Positions 38,251-49,653 of a stretch of DNA of 64,000 nt are shown one piece after another; positions within the stretch are counted from its first letter, which is position 1, and every line of letters begins with the position of its first letter. Location of the stretch: contig CM060734.1 of NCBI GenBank assembly GCA_030704615.1, positions 27,466,001 through 27,530,000 on the forward strand, read 5' to 3'. The position numbers and the translations under genes are program-made. This DNA is from Takakia lepidozioides (lineage: Eukaryota; Plantae; Bryophyta). Below the pieces are notes generated by a model, which saw only the letters and a program-made list of their open reading frames with translations, was not told the DNA's origin and searched no databases.

Positions 38251-41200
38251 GACAGGACCCGGAAATGGCAGTTCCTGCCAGGCTACAGGGGCTGCGAACC
38301 AGTTCTGGATCCAGTTATTGGCCTCTCCCTAAAGGCAAGTAATAGAAGGAGCTGGGGAGCTTGATGCGCCCTAGGCGGGTGTGTCGCCCGCTGCTATGCC
38401 CCCGATCGGCGCCTCAGCTACCCGCGGTCGCAACGACGTGGCCCTTCCCCACCTCACCTGGCCCTGTCCTCCCACATATAATACATGATTCCATAACATG
38501 AGTCATGTCACAATCTATCTCATCATGATCCATGCATCATGTATGACACCATGGGCATGTTCCATGCCGAGATGCGTATGTGATCGAAATCTTCATCGTT
38601 GCGCTCCGCTTGTGAGGTCCGCACTCACAAGCTTGAGATGTCGCTTCGAAGGTGAGATGTTGCCCGTCGCTCTTACGTCATAGCTTGAGTGCCCCCCAAG
38701 CCATTGCATCTATCGTTGGCACAACGATCTTCTTGAAGCCTCCTCGCCAATCTCTTAAAAGATATGGCCTCCATCGAAGCGCTTTTGGAGGAGGTTATCA
38801 CCAGCGTCAGTTTCTCCTTAGCTCTCATTTCCTTGCATGCAACAAATGTTTTGAGTCATTTGTGTTACATGCCATTGGGGAGGTTGCGGTAAAGTGAGAA
38901 GCCATTGAATCTTCACTTTAGGGTTTCTCTGTAGGTATTTGGAGTTTTGCTTTCGTTTTTGTTGTTTTTCCTTATTGCCATTGTCGTGCACTTGCAATTG
39001 GCTATACTCCATCTGAATTGCGTTCCTTCATTGCATCTATCGCAATCGCCTCCATAATGTGCATCGCGTATAGTGCATTGTGAGGGCCCATTGTGAGTTT
39101 TTGTGTGAACATCTTTATTGGATTTTCCGCAATTTTTAAGAGCATGAAGGTATCTAGAGGCTTTCCGTAGGACGTCAATATGGGAAAAAAATCCACCGTG
39201 CACGAAGCGTGTCGGATGTACTATGAGGTGTATGATTCTGATGAGTGGAAAGCACTGATTTGTGAGGCTCACTCGAAGGGCAACAGATGATGAACTCAGT
39301 TACAATAACATGAGGGTAGATGCAAGATATGGTGGCTAAAAAACGGCATATGTTTTTTCCACACAAGTCCATCGTTTGCAATTACATGGGGCCCACGACA
39401 AATTTTTAAGCACTGCCATTGGTTGATGTCACATGAAAAATTCAAGTCTGCCGTAGCAGGCGCGCGTGTTTCACTGGCACGTCGTCTGACATGTTTGGGA
39501 TGACCAGAGCTAGCCCACGATCGTCACATGACTATTCTTTGTGAAGGCGTGTGGTTGCCTCTCTCTCTGATTGTCAGACGTACGTACTAAGCACAATTCA
39601 AAGGTTGCGATCTTCTTTGAAGATGTCGATAACGAGCAGTGAGAAAATGTTCGGTAGAAAATCCAACGTGAAAAGAGTGAAGGTAGAAAGGGCCAGTTGC
39701 CCAGTCGATTTATGTTGCACCTCTGCACGGGGGAATGCTAGACTGTGAGCAGCTCACGAGCAAAAAAATTCTGTGAACAAAAAACTGCTCACGTTCCCAA
39801 GGTGAGCTTGAAAGCATGGGGCCTATAACTGCGGACACCACAGCTACAGAGGGCCTATTACCGTGGCAAGGAGATGTCAAAAGTATGGCCGAAGTTCAAA
39901 TTATTGGCTGCAGAAGCAGTCCACAAATGGCATAATTCTCCCTCCATGTTCAGGAAATGTCTGTATATGGCTTAGCAATAAGAACAGTACAGAGCCATGT
40001 CTGCTTTTTGGATGAAAAACAATGTGAAAATGACACATACAAAATGATTCACTAAACCTAATTGTCTTTCAATAATCCCCAATAGTGACATTGTCAAAAT
40101 TATGGAGACTACAATGTGAAAATGTCAGAGACACAGTGATTCAGTAAACCTCATTATCTTTCAACAAACCGTTGATTCTGACACTGTCAAAATCAACATT
40201 GAGACTCTCATGTAGAAACACCGCCAAAAGAGTAAATGGAGGCTCTTCAATTATGTCGATTCCAACCAGACGTTGAGGAAAGCGAATGGTAATCCATGGC
40301 GAGGGGCTCAAGAGATGAGCCCCGCTTTCATGCAAACTTTGATAGAGTCTTGCAGCCTCCACGGCACCCGAATGGTTGATCTCTCCATGTCCACAGGTTT
40401 GTACACCTTCTTTGTCGTTCTCGGGACTCTTCACAGAATCCTCTAAAATTTCCCAAGACTTCATCTTTTTCCTGTGCACTTTCGTAGGTGCATCCTTTCA
40501 TGCTTGCAAGGCATCTGGTAGGAGTTTTTTTGGCATGGAGGGAGACACAGACATTTTCAACAATGTCCTCGTGCCACTTCAATCGGGCTCTTTCTCCGCC
40601 ACACAGACGGAGGTTCCGGTGCAGAATCTTGAAGGAGATCCTGAGAACAAAGACATTGACAATGATTTTTTATGTGAGTAAGTTCTCAATTGATATCATT
40701 GTCTTGATCTTTGCCTCTGCTTCGCATTCCAGTCACTTCATGTTTCATTTGGAATTCCTCTTCTGTAAATGTGATCATCATTTCATTATCTTTGCCATCC
40801 TCTCTGCAGGAAATCGGAGTCTACGTCCCCGCCGGCTTCTGTGCTTCCAAGGTGGTCGGTTGTCCGCAGTCCCTCCCCTCCCTTTGTTTTACCTCCTTAC
40901 GCAAAGGCTACGGCAATGCATATGGTTGCGGCTGCTTCGCCCCCCCCTCCCATGTTCGATGAGCGCACACATAGACGACGACGTTTTGAGGCCATGGAGT
41001 TCATGGATGTTTTTGCATGTGTTGTTGGGTCCGATTTTGCACATGACATACATAGTTTCTCTGATTCGGGTCATAGTTCTAGTTAGTGTTGTTCATGAAC
41101 ATACAGATACAATTGGAGGTCCCTCTTTGTTAAACAATCGAATTGAGGGAACGCTGAACATTGTCCTGTTACGGACTTTCGAATTCCTTCAACCGTGTTT

Positions 41201-41669
41201 TAAGTTCATTTTGCAGAGTCACGACTTAGTGCGGTCATTATTCAGTTTGTGCCCAAGTGTGTTCTCATTGAGTAGTTTGGGACTGTTCATGCAACCCCTG
41301 ATATGGCCCTCTATTTGGGATGGTTCAACGTTCACCTGTGAAGACTGTAACAGAGTCTGTCTTTTGGGGTTGTAGTCCCGTCAAAGATTTACTTTTGCTC
41401 TGTGCTGTTCTTATTGGTAAGCCATATACGAGCTTGTAGTTCCGAGTCTTTGTTTTGATTTTGACAGTGTCATTTGGTAAGGTTTACCGAATGTCCATGC
41501 CGTGCACAAGTGTCGTCGATGTGAGGCTCGCAGGTCGGATCAATGAAGGAGCCTACATTGGAGATCTTGAAACTCTTAACAAATGTCGGAGTGGTGGGCA
41601 ACCGCATTCTGGTGAGGATGTACACCAAGGGAATGTTCAGAATGACATCTGGTACAATTCCAGCTTTGA

Positions 41670-42280
41670 TCGGTCGCCGCTATTGTTGTTTTTTGTAATT
41701 GCAGCGACCACCATTAGTGGCGGTCGCTTTTATTTAAATTTGGTTGGAAATGGAGCGACCGCCATTTGTGGCGGTCGCTTTTATTTTAATTGTTTTGAAA
41801 ATGAAGCGACCGCCATTACGGGCGGGCACCGCAATTGTTTTGTTTTTTTTAATCTAGCGACCGCCACTACTGGCGGTCGCTTTTATTAAAATTTTGTTGG
41901 AAATGGAGTTAGTGGTGGTCGCTTTTATATTTTTATTTTTGGAAATGGGGCGACCGCCATTACTGGCGGTCGTTTTTAATTTATTTTAAATGGAGCGACC
42001 GCGAAGGTGCCGGTCGCTTCTACGAGGTCTGTCATGCGCGTGGAGCGAGGAATGAGGGGGGGGGGGGGGGGGATATACATGGCGGTCGTTTTTATTTTAA
42101 TTATTTGGGAAATAAAGCGACCGCCATTACTGGCGGTCGCTTTTATTTTAATTATTTTGGAAATGAAGCGACCGCCATTACTGGCGGTCGTTTTTATTTT
42201 AATTATTTTGAAAATGAAGCGACCGCCGTTACTGGCGGTCGTTTTTTTGTTTTTTGGAGGAAAATCGAGCGACTGCCATT
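41670..42280. repeat. Array of about 11 GC-rich palindromes GCGACCGCCA-N4-TGGCGGTCGC, approximately 51-bp period
   Basis: Copies at about 41703, 41755, 41806, 41857, 41950, 41995, 42117, 42167, 42219 plus partial ones; AT-rich linkers similar to each other. Confidence 0.9.
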
Positions 42281-42878
42281 AATTTTCTAGCTCTCACTTG
42301 TAATCTACGAATATATTTTACCACCTGGGTCTTAGAGAAGGATAGCTTGCACGCACCATCTGTCCCGGACAACCTCATTTTGACAGATATAGGGTGTTAA
42401 CACAATTCCCAAGTCTTGATAATCTGGAAACCAGATGACTTCAAATATGATGCCAGTGTACGATGACATTCCTTGTTACAAGACTAAAAAAGTAGAAGAG
42501 CCCCTTCATCAAAAAAGAAAGTGTAGGAAAGTGTTGCAAAACCAGAAACCCAACTCCAGTATCGCTCATCAAATGCGTTCCACGTAGGGGTGACGTCAGT
42601 AGGAAAGATATCTGGGACTGGTTGTCCACCTATAATTGTCCGGGCAAGACATGATAAAATGGGTGAGTATGGCAGAAACCATAAAGGAGCCACTAGAAGG
42701 AAAACGCATAATAACCACTGGCCCATTCAACCACTGACGTCTTTTACCACTCTATAAACCACTTATAGTATTAGTAACCTCTTATAAGTGGTTAATCTAG
42801 ACGAATTGCAAGGGTGGCATCCGATGGAGTGGTTGGAAGTAACTTGAACCACTTACTCATCCACGTGTAATATTATTT

Positions 42879-43214
42879 TTATTTTATTATTTTTATTTCA
42901 ATTATTTTTGCTCTTGGATCCTTCCGAAGGACTACCTTCCACTCTGCACCTGTTGACTCATCAGAAAAGAAGACATGTTCAACTTGAGAGGGAAAAATGA
43001 ACGGCTCTTCATCTTCGGGCAACATCCTCCCAAAATTCGCAAGAAGAAAACCAGATGAATCCCTTGTCATTGTAGCATTCTCTCCAACAAGGTTGGCCCT
43101 CACCCATGCACAACAAAATACAATTGGGTGTACTCGTCCATAATCCAGTTTCAAGATCTCTTTGTTGACCCAAACGTATTCTAACGGTGACATGACTGGA
43201 TTTCTATCACGCAC
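42879..43214 (-). pseudogene. CACTA transposase C-terminal fragment (DUF4216-like)
   Basis: EILKLDYG..IVFCCAWV..RDSSGFLLANF..EEPFIFPSQVEHVFF..WKVVL matches the Tnp2 C-terminal consensus. Confidence 0.85.
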
Positions 43215-43854
43215 ATTATTTCTACTCTCTTGGTGGAAGACGGATGCAACTCCGGAATCAAAAGAGACAAGAAAACGACTCTATGCGTCGTCCACTCGAT
43301 AATGATTTCCGTATGCCTTCATCCCACGAACTGAGGCTGATCTCAACGGAGGGGGACGAGACAAATTATGAACAAGATCTGTATCCTCAACAGTATTCTC
43401 AGATACATGAATCTGGATTACATGTCGTATCCATACCGGTAGGGGTGGAAACTCCAACAAATGGTTCAGGTTGTTTTCAAGCTTTTTTGGTGCTTCCCCT
43501 CTTGTATCACGTAGATTTCCGACATTTCTTGAGGAATGCTGAATGATGGGGACTGTCCGCAGGTCACCACAAATGCGCAAGAGCAGCTGGACACCCAAGC
43601 CCACTAGTTCAAGCTGAAGATAACGGCAGGAGCAGAGAGCCTCACCGACTATGTGACGAGGTACTTTCTGCTATTCAAAACCGACCTATTCTATCGAGAG
43701 ATGCCGCATGCCCGGAGGAGTCATGAGTTCACCGATCAGCCGAACGCGGACAAAGCGGCAATGCGCCTTCTATACATGTAAACCTCCTGGGCTCTTATTA
43801 CATTCGTACCCATTTTCTATGTCGCCCAATTCTTTGGCGTGGAAATGGTTGTCC

Positions 43855-44440
43855 CATGAGCGGCTAAGTTCCATGAGTGCCTATATTCAGCTTGGGGCCC
43901 AAAACGGCTAAGTCCCATGACATCGGAAACTACTCGGGGACTTAGCCATTTTGGCCCCCCAGACTGGAAATTCGGCACCATATATCCAGGTTGGGGCCCA
44001 AAACGGCTAAGTCCCATAAGTGCCTGTATCTGACTCTGGAAAAATGGCGCCGCATTTCCAAATTCGGGCAAGGCCACCCCTGGGACTTAGCCATCTCTGG
44101 CCGCACACTGGAGATTCGGCGCCATATATCCAGCTTGGGGCCCAAAACGGCTAAGTCCATGACATCGGAAGGTACTCGGGGACTTAGCCATTTTGGCCCC
44201 CCAGACTGGAAATTTGGCGCCATATATCCAGGTTGGGGCCCAAAACGGCTAAGTCCCATGACATCGGAAGGTACTCGGGGACTTAGCCATTTTGGCCCCC
44301 CCAGACTTGAAATTCAGCGCCATATATCCATGTTGGGGCCCAAAACGGCTGTCCCATGAGTGCCTGTATCCGACTCTGGAAAAATGGCGCCGCATTTCCA
44401 ACTTCGGGCAAGGCCACCCCTGGGATTTAGCCATTTCCGA
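43855..44440. repeat. GC-rich tandem array, units of about 98-145 bp
   Basis: GGGGCCCAAAACGGCTAAGTCCCAT near 43894, 43993, 44137, 44235 and 44335. Confidence 0.88.
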
Positions 44441-44812
44441 GGCGGCAACTATTAGAGCTCGTCAAGCTCGTAGATTTGTCTTGGATTCTGTTGAGGAAAG
44501 TGGGGGAGAAGAGGCAGAAGATTCCCAGGAGGTGAGGTGGATGGTTCCCCAAGGAGAGGACGGTATTTTGAGAGGCATAGTGGAAGTGATGCATCTCAGA
44601 TGTCAGGGGATGAGGGGGATGAGGAGGCAGGTGGGGCAAGTTCCTCGGAGGGTGTAGGAGAGGAGGATAGTAGTTCCCATTCCGGCTATGACAGTTAGGA
44701 CAGTTGTATAGATATGACTCGCAACAAAATTTGCAATAAAATGTTGCATTTCATTGCTATGACAAGTCCAGTGGTGCCACATTCCAACTTCACATGACCC
44801 TATTTCCGTGTC

Positions 44813-45758
44813 TGATAACGGCTAAGATACGAGGGCCAGACAACGAGGGTCACGATGGGACATACCGGGTGGTGATTGGCTTACACTACGGGTAGAAAAA
44901 GCTAAGTACGCGACACTTAGCAAATGGCGGAACAAGGGTACATTACCACGGGAGCAGTAGTGGGTAGTGTAGCAACCGTGGGCCGTGAACCACGATATCA
45001 CACGGCCACGTTAGCATCGGCTTTTACTAATAGAGGAAGTAGTGAAGGACCGTGGACCGTGTACCACTATGGCACACGACCACTACAACGAGCCACTTTT
45101 ACTAATAGAGGAAGTAGTGAAGGACCGTGGACCGTGTACCACTATGGCACACGACCACTACAACGAGCCACTTTTTTAGCAAACCCTTTAGGTTGTGTAG
45201 GCAGTTAGGCAACGGTCATTAACGACTGCAGGCTGTAACGGCTCTTTCGAGCATAGTATAAAAGGGTTGCACGCAACTTATAAGATATCAGTGATTGGTG
45301 TGTATTCATTGGACTCAGAGTGATTCGAAGTGTACTTATACTATGATGTGATGGACTCTGAAGTAAAGCCATGTTATTCCAAGTATCTCTGTGTAGAGTG
45401 AATGTGAGATGGAGAGAATGTGCATTATGAGAGAACGTGAGATGGTGAGAATGTGTATCATCTCAGAATAGCTCTTGTTTTGTCTTGACTACCATCTGAC
45501 GTATGGACAAAGAGGCTTCAGCCTTTCCGACTAAGATCTTTTGGGCTAGTGAGACTGTAGGTTGGGCTTAATCAATAGGATTAAGCAACCTGCAGAGATA
45601 TTGATTCATACGACGGCCATGGTTTAGTTATCCTTAAAATGATTACTTTGTAATCGTTTCTGAAAGCATATCGTCGGACAACCTCTGTTGCATGTCTTGG
45701 GAAATGGGCAGTAGTGCTGAGGGCATGTTTTGTCTAAGTCATGAACCAGCGGTTAACA
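44813..45758 (+). mobile_element. Solo LTR (946 bp)
   Basis: TGATAAC...GTTAACA termini; 5-bp TSD GTGTC/GTGCC (1 mismatch); TATAAAA at about 45257; internal tandem duplication of about 75 bp at 45021-45175. Confidence 0.8.
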
Positions 45759-45768
45759 GTGCCTCCTA

Positions 45769-45855
45769 CCCCTATTTCCGTGGACACACAATGGTCCACT
45801 CATGTTTTTTTTTTTTTCCGCTCATGCTCATGCCGCTCATGAAATAGCAGCCCCC
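45769..45855 (-). mobile_element. Short CATGAGC-rich element, same family as 19443 and 55494
   Basis: Reverse strand reads GGGGGCTGCTATTTCATGAGC...GTCCACGGAAATAGG, matching both ends of 55494-55613. Confidence 0.65.
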
Positions 45856-48800
45856 GAGACTAGGGTGCAAACAGTTGCTTACGATGGGTGTGTAGGACGA
45901 TGAGGCCTGAAGCCAGATTTTGTGATTGATATCCTCAGGCTTGGTTAATAGGTGGCCTAATCTGTATTTAAGGCAGTCAATGGGCAGGTTGATAGCAGGA
46001 TTGAAGATGGCTTTATGGGCCCTTTTAGGGTGATCATGTAGTAGTTGGCCAAAGGAGGCAACAATTTTTTTGTGGTTGTCGGTGGCTTTTTGTTTTGTGA
46101 TAAGTTAAGCGGCTTTTTTGGCTTCCCTTCCGATCTTGGAGAGAGAGGCAGTCCATTGGGAAAGAGAGGATGTGTCCTCGGGTGGGGGCAAAAGTGGTTG
46201 GCATATGGGTAGGGTGTTTGAGCAGGTGATACGGGGGTCCGCCCTCCAATTATTATATGGGGGGGGTCGAAGCGAGAGGTATAATTGTAATGGCTCGGCG
46301 TATGGTATGGTATATGTTGAGGTGGGAGGTCCATTCACGTTTCTGAGTTCTGATGAGGTAGCCGCCATTTTGTTTCCAGCGTGGGATTTGGGCGAGGTCG
46401 CGGGGGGGGGGCATGTGGCTATTACACTTTTAGTCATTTCCTGCATTGTGGATGTGAGTGTAATTTCAGCTTCAACCCACGTATCTCGGGGGATAACAGT
46501 CTGTTGGTATTGGAGAGGATGTGGGACATTTTGTGTATGGGTGGAAGTGTTTTTGAAATGCCATGATGTTACTGTGGGGTATGGGCGAGAGTATTCTGGG
46601 TTGAGAGGGTGGAGTATGTACATCTAGGATAGGTCGGAAGGGAACTAGGGATGGGGGGAGGGAGACCTATGAGGTTCAGAAAGTATCCAATTTTTTCAAC
46701 GTTAGGTGTTTCACCATGAGCTCTGCGAAATCCATGAGAGGTCCTTGCGAGTCATGAAAATAGTTAGGTCATATTTTGGTGCATCTATTACCAGAGTCTG
46801 GTCCTCTGAGGTTCAGAAAGTATCCAATCTTTTCTGTTGACACGGGAGCCACTGTTTAGAACTCCCAGAAGCATTATGTTTAGGAGCATTTAGGCCCGTC
46901 CGAGCTCGAGTCGAGGCCCTAGCATTTTACAATGAGTTGTGCAAATCCATGAGAGGTCCCTGCAAGCCATGTCAAGAGTAGTATAGACTGGGTAGTGGTC
47001 AGAGTTGCATAAGTTGTTGATGTGAACATGACTTAGGAGGTATGTCGGGATGTCATGACGAGTTTTAAGGTAGAAACCATCTAGTAGGCTTAAGGAGGAG
47101 TAATTGAGACCCCCTTGTCTGGAGTAGTGATAGTCTGTGGGAATGTATTTGAGTTGCAGGGACTGGGTAAATCTGGCCCACTCATGGTCTATGGGAGATG
47201 GGGGTTTGTGGGTTCTGTTGAATGAATGGCCTTGCAGTGCGATGTCCCCGATGAAATCCCCTGCCAGTATGACATGGTTGTGTTGGTTATCCGGGTGGGA
47301 AATTGTTCGGGAGATGGTGTTAAGTATGTCAGGTATGAGGGGGAGATCATCGGTATGAGAAGGCATGTACAAGTGTATAAGAGTAATAGGGCATAGGGCT
47401 GTTGGGTGCAGCTGGATAATTTGTAGGTGAGATCGGAGGGGATGGGCATGGTTTTTTTAGTGGTTGTACTGGGAGAGTAGTGTGTACGGAGAATACCAAG
47501 TGCTACACCTCCCCTAGCGGGTTTGTATGGTGCTGAGCGGCGAGAGAGACATCACTGGGCTATTGGAGGATTTCCATATAAGATGTAGTAATCGGGTAAT
47601 AGTTTATTTATATAAGAGCTGCTAGTGTTGTTGGTGTGCAGCTCGGATAAGAAGTGGGGAGGGGGGGGGGGGGGGGGGGGGGGGGGGTAGTTTTGGGGAT
47701 AGGGGCAACCTTTGTAGTTGGTGGAGAAGGGAGCGCATTTGAGAGATGGAGTGAGAGTGAAGATAGCCATTACACGTAGTGGGGAGAGGAGAGATAGTGA
47801 CGATAAGGGAGAAGAGAAGATGTGAGGGAGGGAATTTGTTGAGTTTGAGGAGGGCTTTAGAGAGAGCTGGGTAACAGCTGGAGGGGAGTCCAAATGTTGT
47901 GATTTGATGTATAGGTGAGGGGGCTGGGTATTGATTGTGTGAAATGGTCTGAGATATGGCGGTAGTTGTGTATGAGTGATATGGTGTCTGGCTGGAAATA
48001 GAGAGTATATCTTTCTTGTGCATCTGTGGAGAGTTTACTAATAATTCCATTAATAAAGAGAGGTCCCGGGTTAGGATGTATGTCCCCACAACGTAATAGT
48101 GTAAGTGTTGTGCAGGTTTTTAGGTATGCATTGTTTTACGTGGGTGGGTGATGGTAAGAGTGTTTAGATTTATTTAGGTGCGGATGACGCTTGGCTTGTG
48201 GGTTGTGGCTTAGGAGATGTCGGTTGTGATATAGTAGGGTAAGTAAAAGGTCGGGGCTAGGGTATGTATAGTATGGGTGGACTAGATGGTGAGTGGTTTG
48301 AGGATAAGTATAGTGAGTTGTGGAACTGGTGGGTAGTGGGTGGGGGGTGTATGTTGAGCGAGGTTATACATAGACTTATAGGTATACCATAGTTGTAACG
48401 TAGGTATATTTATATAGGCATACCATATTTTCAGATTAGTTGATTGGTGTATTTGGTTGTGGGTGCCAGTGAGAGGTGGGGGGATGATTGTGGGCGATAT
48501 ATTGGCCTAGAGTGTACGTGGATGGATGAAATATCGGTTAGGTGGGGACGGATTGGGCCGGCGGAAAGATCCGAGTATGCAGGGTACGTGGCTTTGTTTG
48601 AATTTAAGCAGCATGTTGGGGGCAGGGTAGCACATTACGGTGGGTGGTGGTTGGGTGTGACTGCGTGGTCAGTGAGTGGGTTGTAGGTTGCATATTTGTT
48701 GTAGCACCAGTATGGAGCCCTGATTTTGTTGGGTAGGTATGGCGCATTGATGTAGTAGTTTTGGATGAATGATTTGGATGGATGACATCCTGGTTATAGT

Positions 48801-48960
48801 AAGCGGGGTATGGTACCGGTAGGTGTTAGAGGGCTGTCTGGGACTTAGACAGTTTTACGGGTTCTGTGGTGTACCCTTAATTTTGCGTAGACCTACGGTG
48901 ATAGACTTAGACCAATACAGACCTTAGGGGTGACAGACACAGGTCTTAGGGGTGGTAGAC
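45856..48960 (-). mobile_element. LINE fragment (5' region plus APE endonuclease), second copy, with an insertion at about 46665-46978
   Basis: VILAGDF, HYSRQGGLNYSSLSLLDGFYLKT, CNSDHYPV, ADPRITC, SLSKIGREAKKAA are shared with 16566-19442; strong C/A sense-strand bias continues to about 48900. Confidence 0.85.
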
Positions 48961-48964
48961 ATGC

Positions 48965-49130
48965 TTACACAGTCAGGCACAACCTTACACAGTTAGACAC
49001 AGCTTGACACAGCCTGTCACAGCCTTACACAGCCTAACACAGTCAGCCACAGCCTTACACAGCCTATCACAGTCTATCACAGCCCGACACAGCCGACACA
49101 GCCCGATACAGCCAGTCACAGCCCGTTACA
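48965..49130. repeat. Degenerate 10-11-bp minisatellite (ACACAGCCTT-like)
   Basis: About 15 tandem ACAGCC/ACAGTC units. Confidence 0.85.
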
Positions 49131-49653
49131 GCGTTCACATGGAACGGTTATCATTGGCAGGGAATGACTATGTGGGAACGACATCTGCAGAGGGAATGTG
49201 TGTTTTGTCTTGGATGACAGTTAGTTAGTTAGGCGGTTAGAACAGCTTGCAAGTAGAATAGGCAGAGTAGCGACATGGAGAGGTTCACTTCTGAGATCAC
49301 TTCTTGAACATCATTGGAGGAGATCAGGCGGAGAGCACGATCTTAGAGCACAGGGATGGAGATTACACAGAGGAGGAGATACGATGAGATGATGCTTAGC
49401 TGTAGAGATGCACTGTAGAGCAGATTAGAGACACCATGGCTTCGGCCTAATACATGATAGATATTAATATGATTCATATTTCATATTCACACCGTGTAGA
49501 GAGATATAAGTGAAGTTGTGGAATGAATGCTTGAGTAGATGGAACATGGTAGATTGCAGAAGCAATCTGATACTTAATCATAGACAGTAAGGTAACTTGC
49601 TAACACGAATACGAGAAGGAATACAAATTGGAAGCACCCCCATGATACACTAG

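Noticed and set aside
40488-41375. 295-aa + strand ORF as a membrane protein gene
   Set aside because: No recognisable motif; the composition is typical of the antisense of decayed sequence.
41670-42280. CRISPR-like array of palindromic repeats
   Set aside because: The linkers are near-copies of each other rather than unique spacers, there are no cas genes, and the context is eukaryotic.
44884-44900. CACTACG as a CACTA left terminus (also at 62671)
   Set aside because: It lies inside a solo LTR (and inside a mini-element at 62671), with no matching subterminal repeats or partner end.
47660-47687. Long G run (and the C run at about 16855-16872) as a functional G-quadruplex or polyproline tract
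   Set aside because: Each run replaces ordinary sequence seen in the other LINE copy, so slippage or an assembly artefact is more likely.
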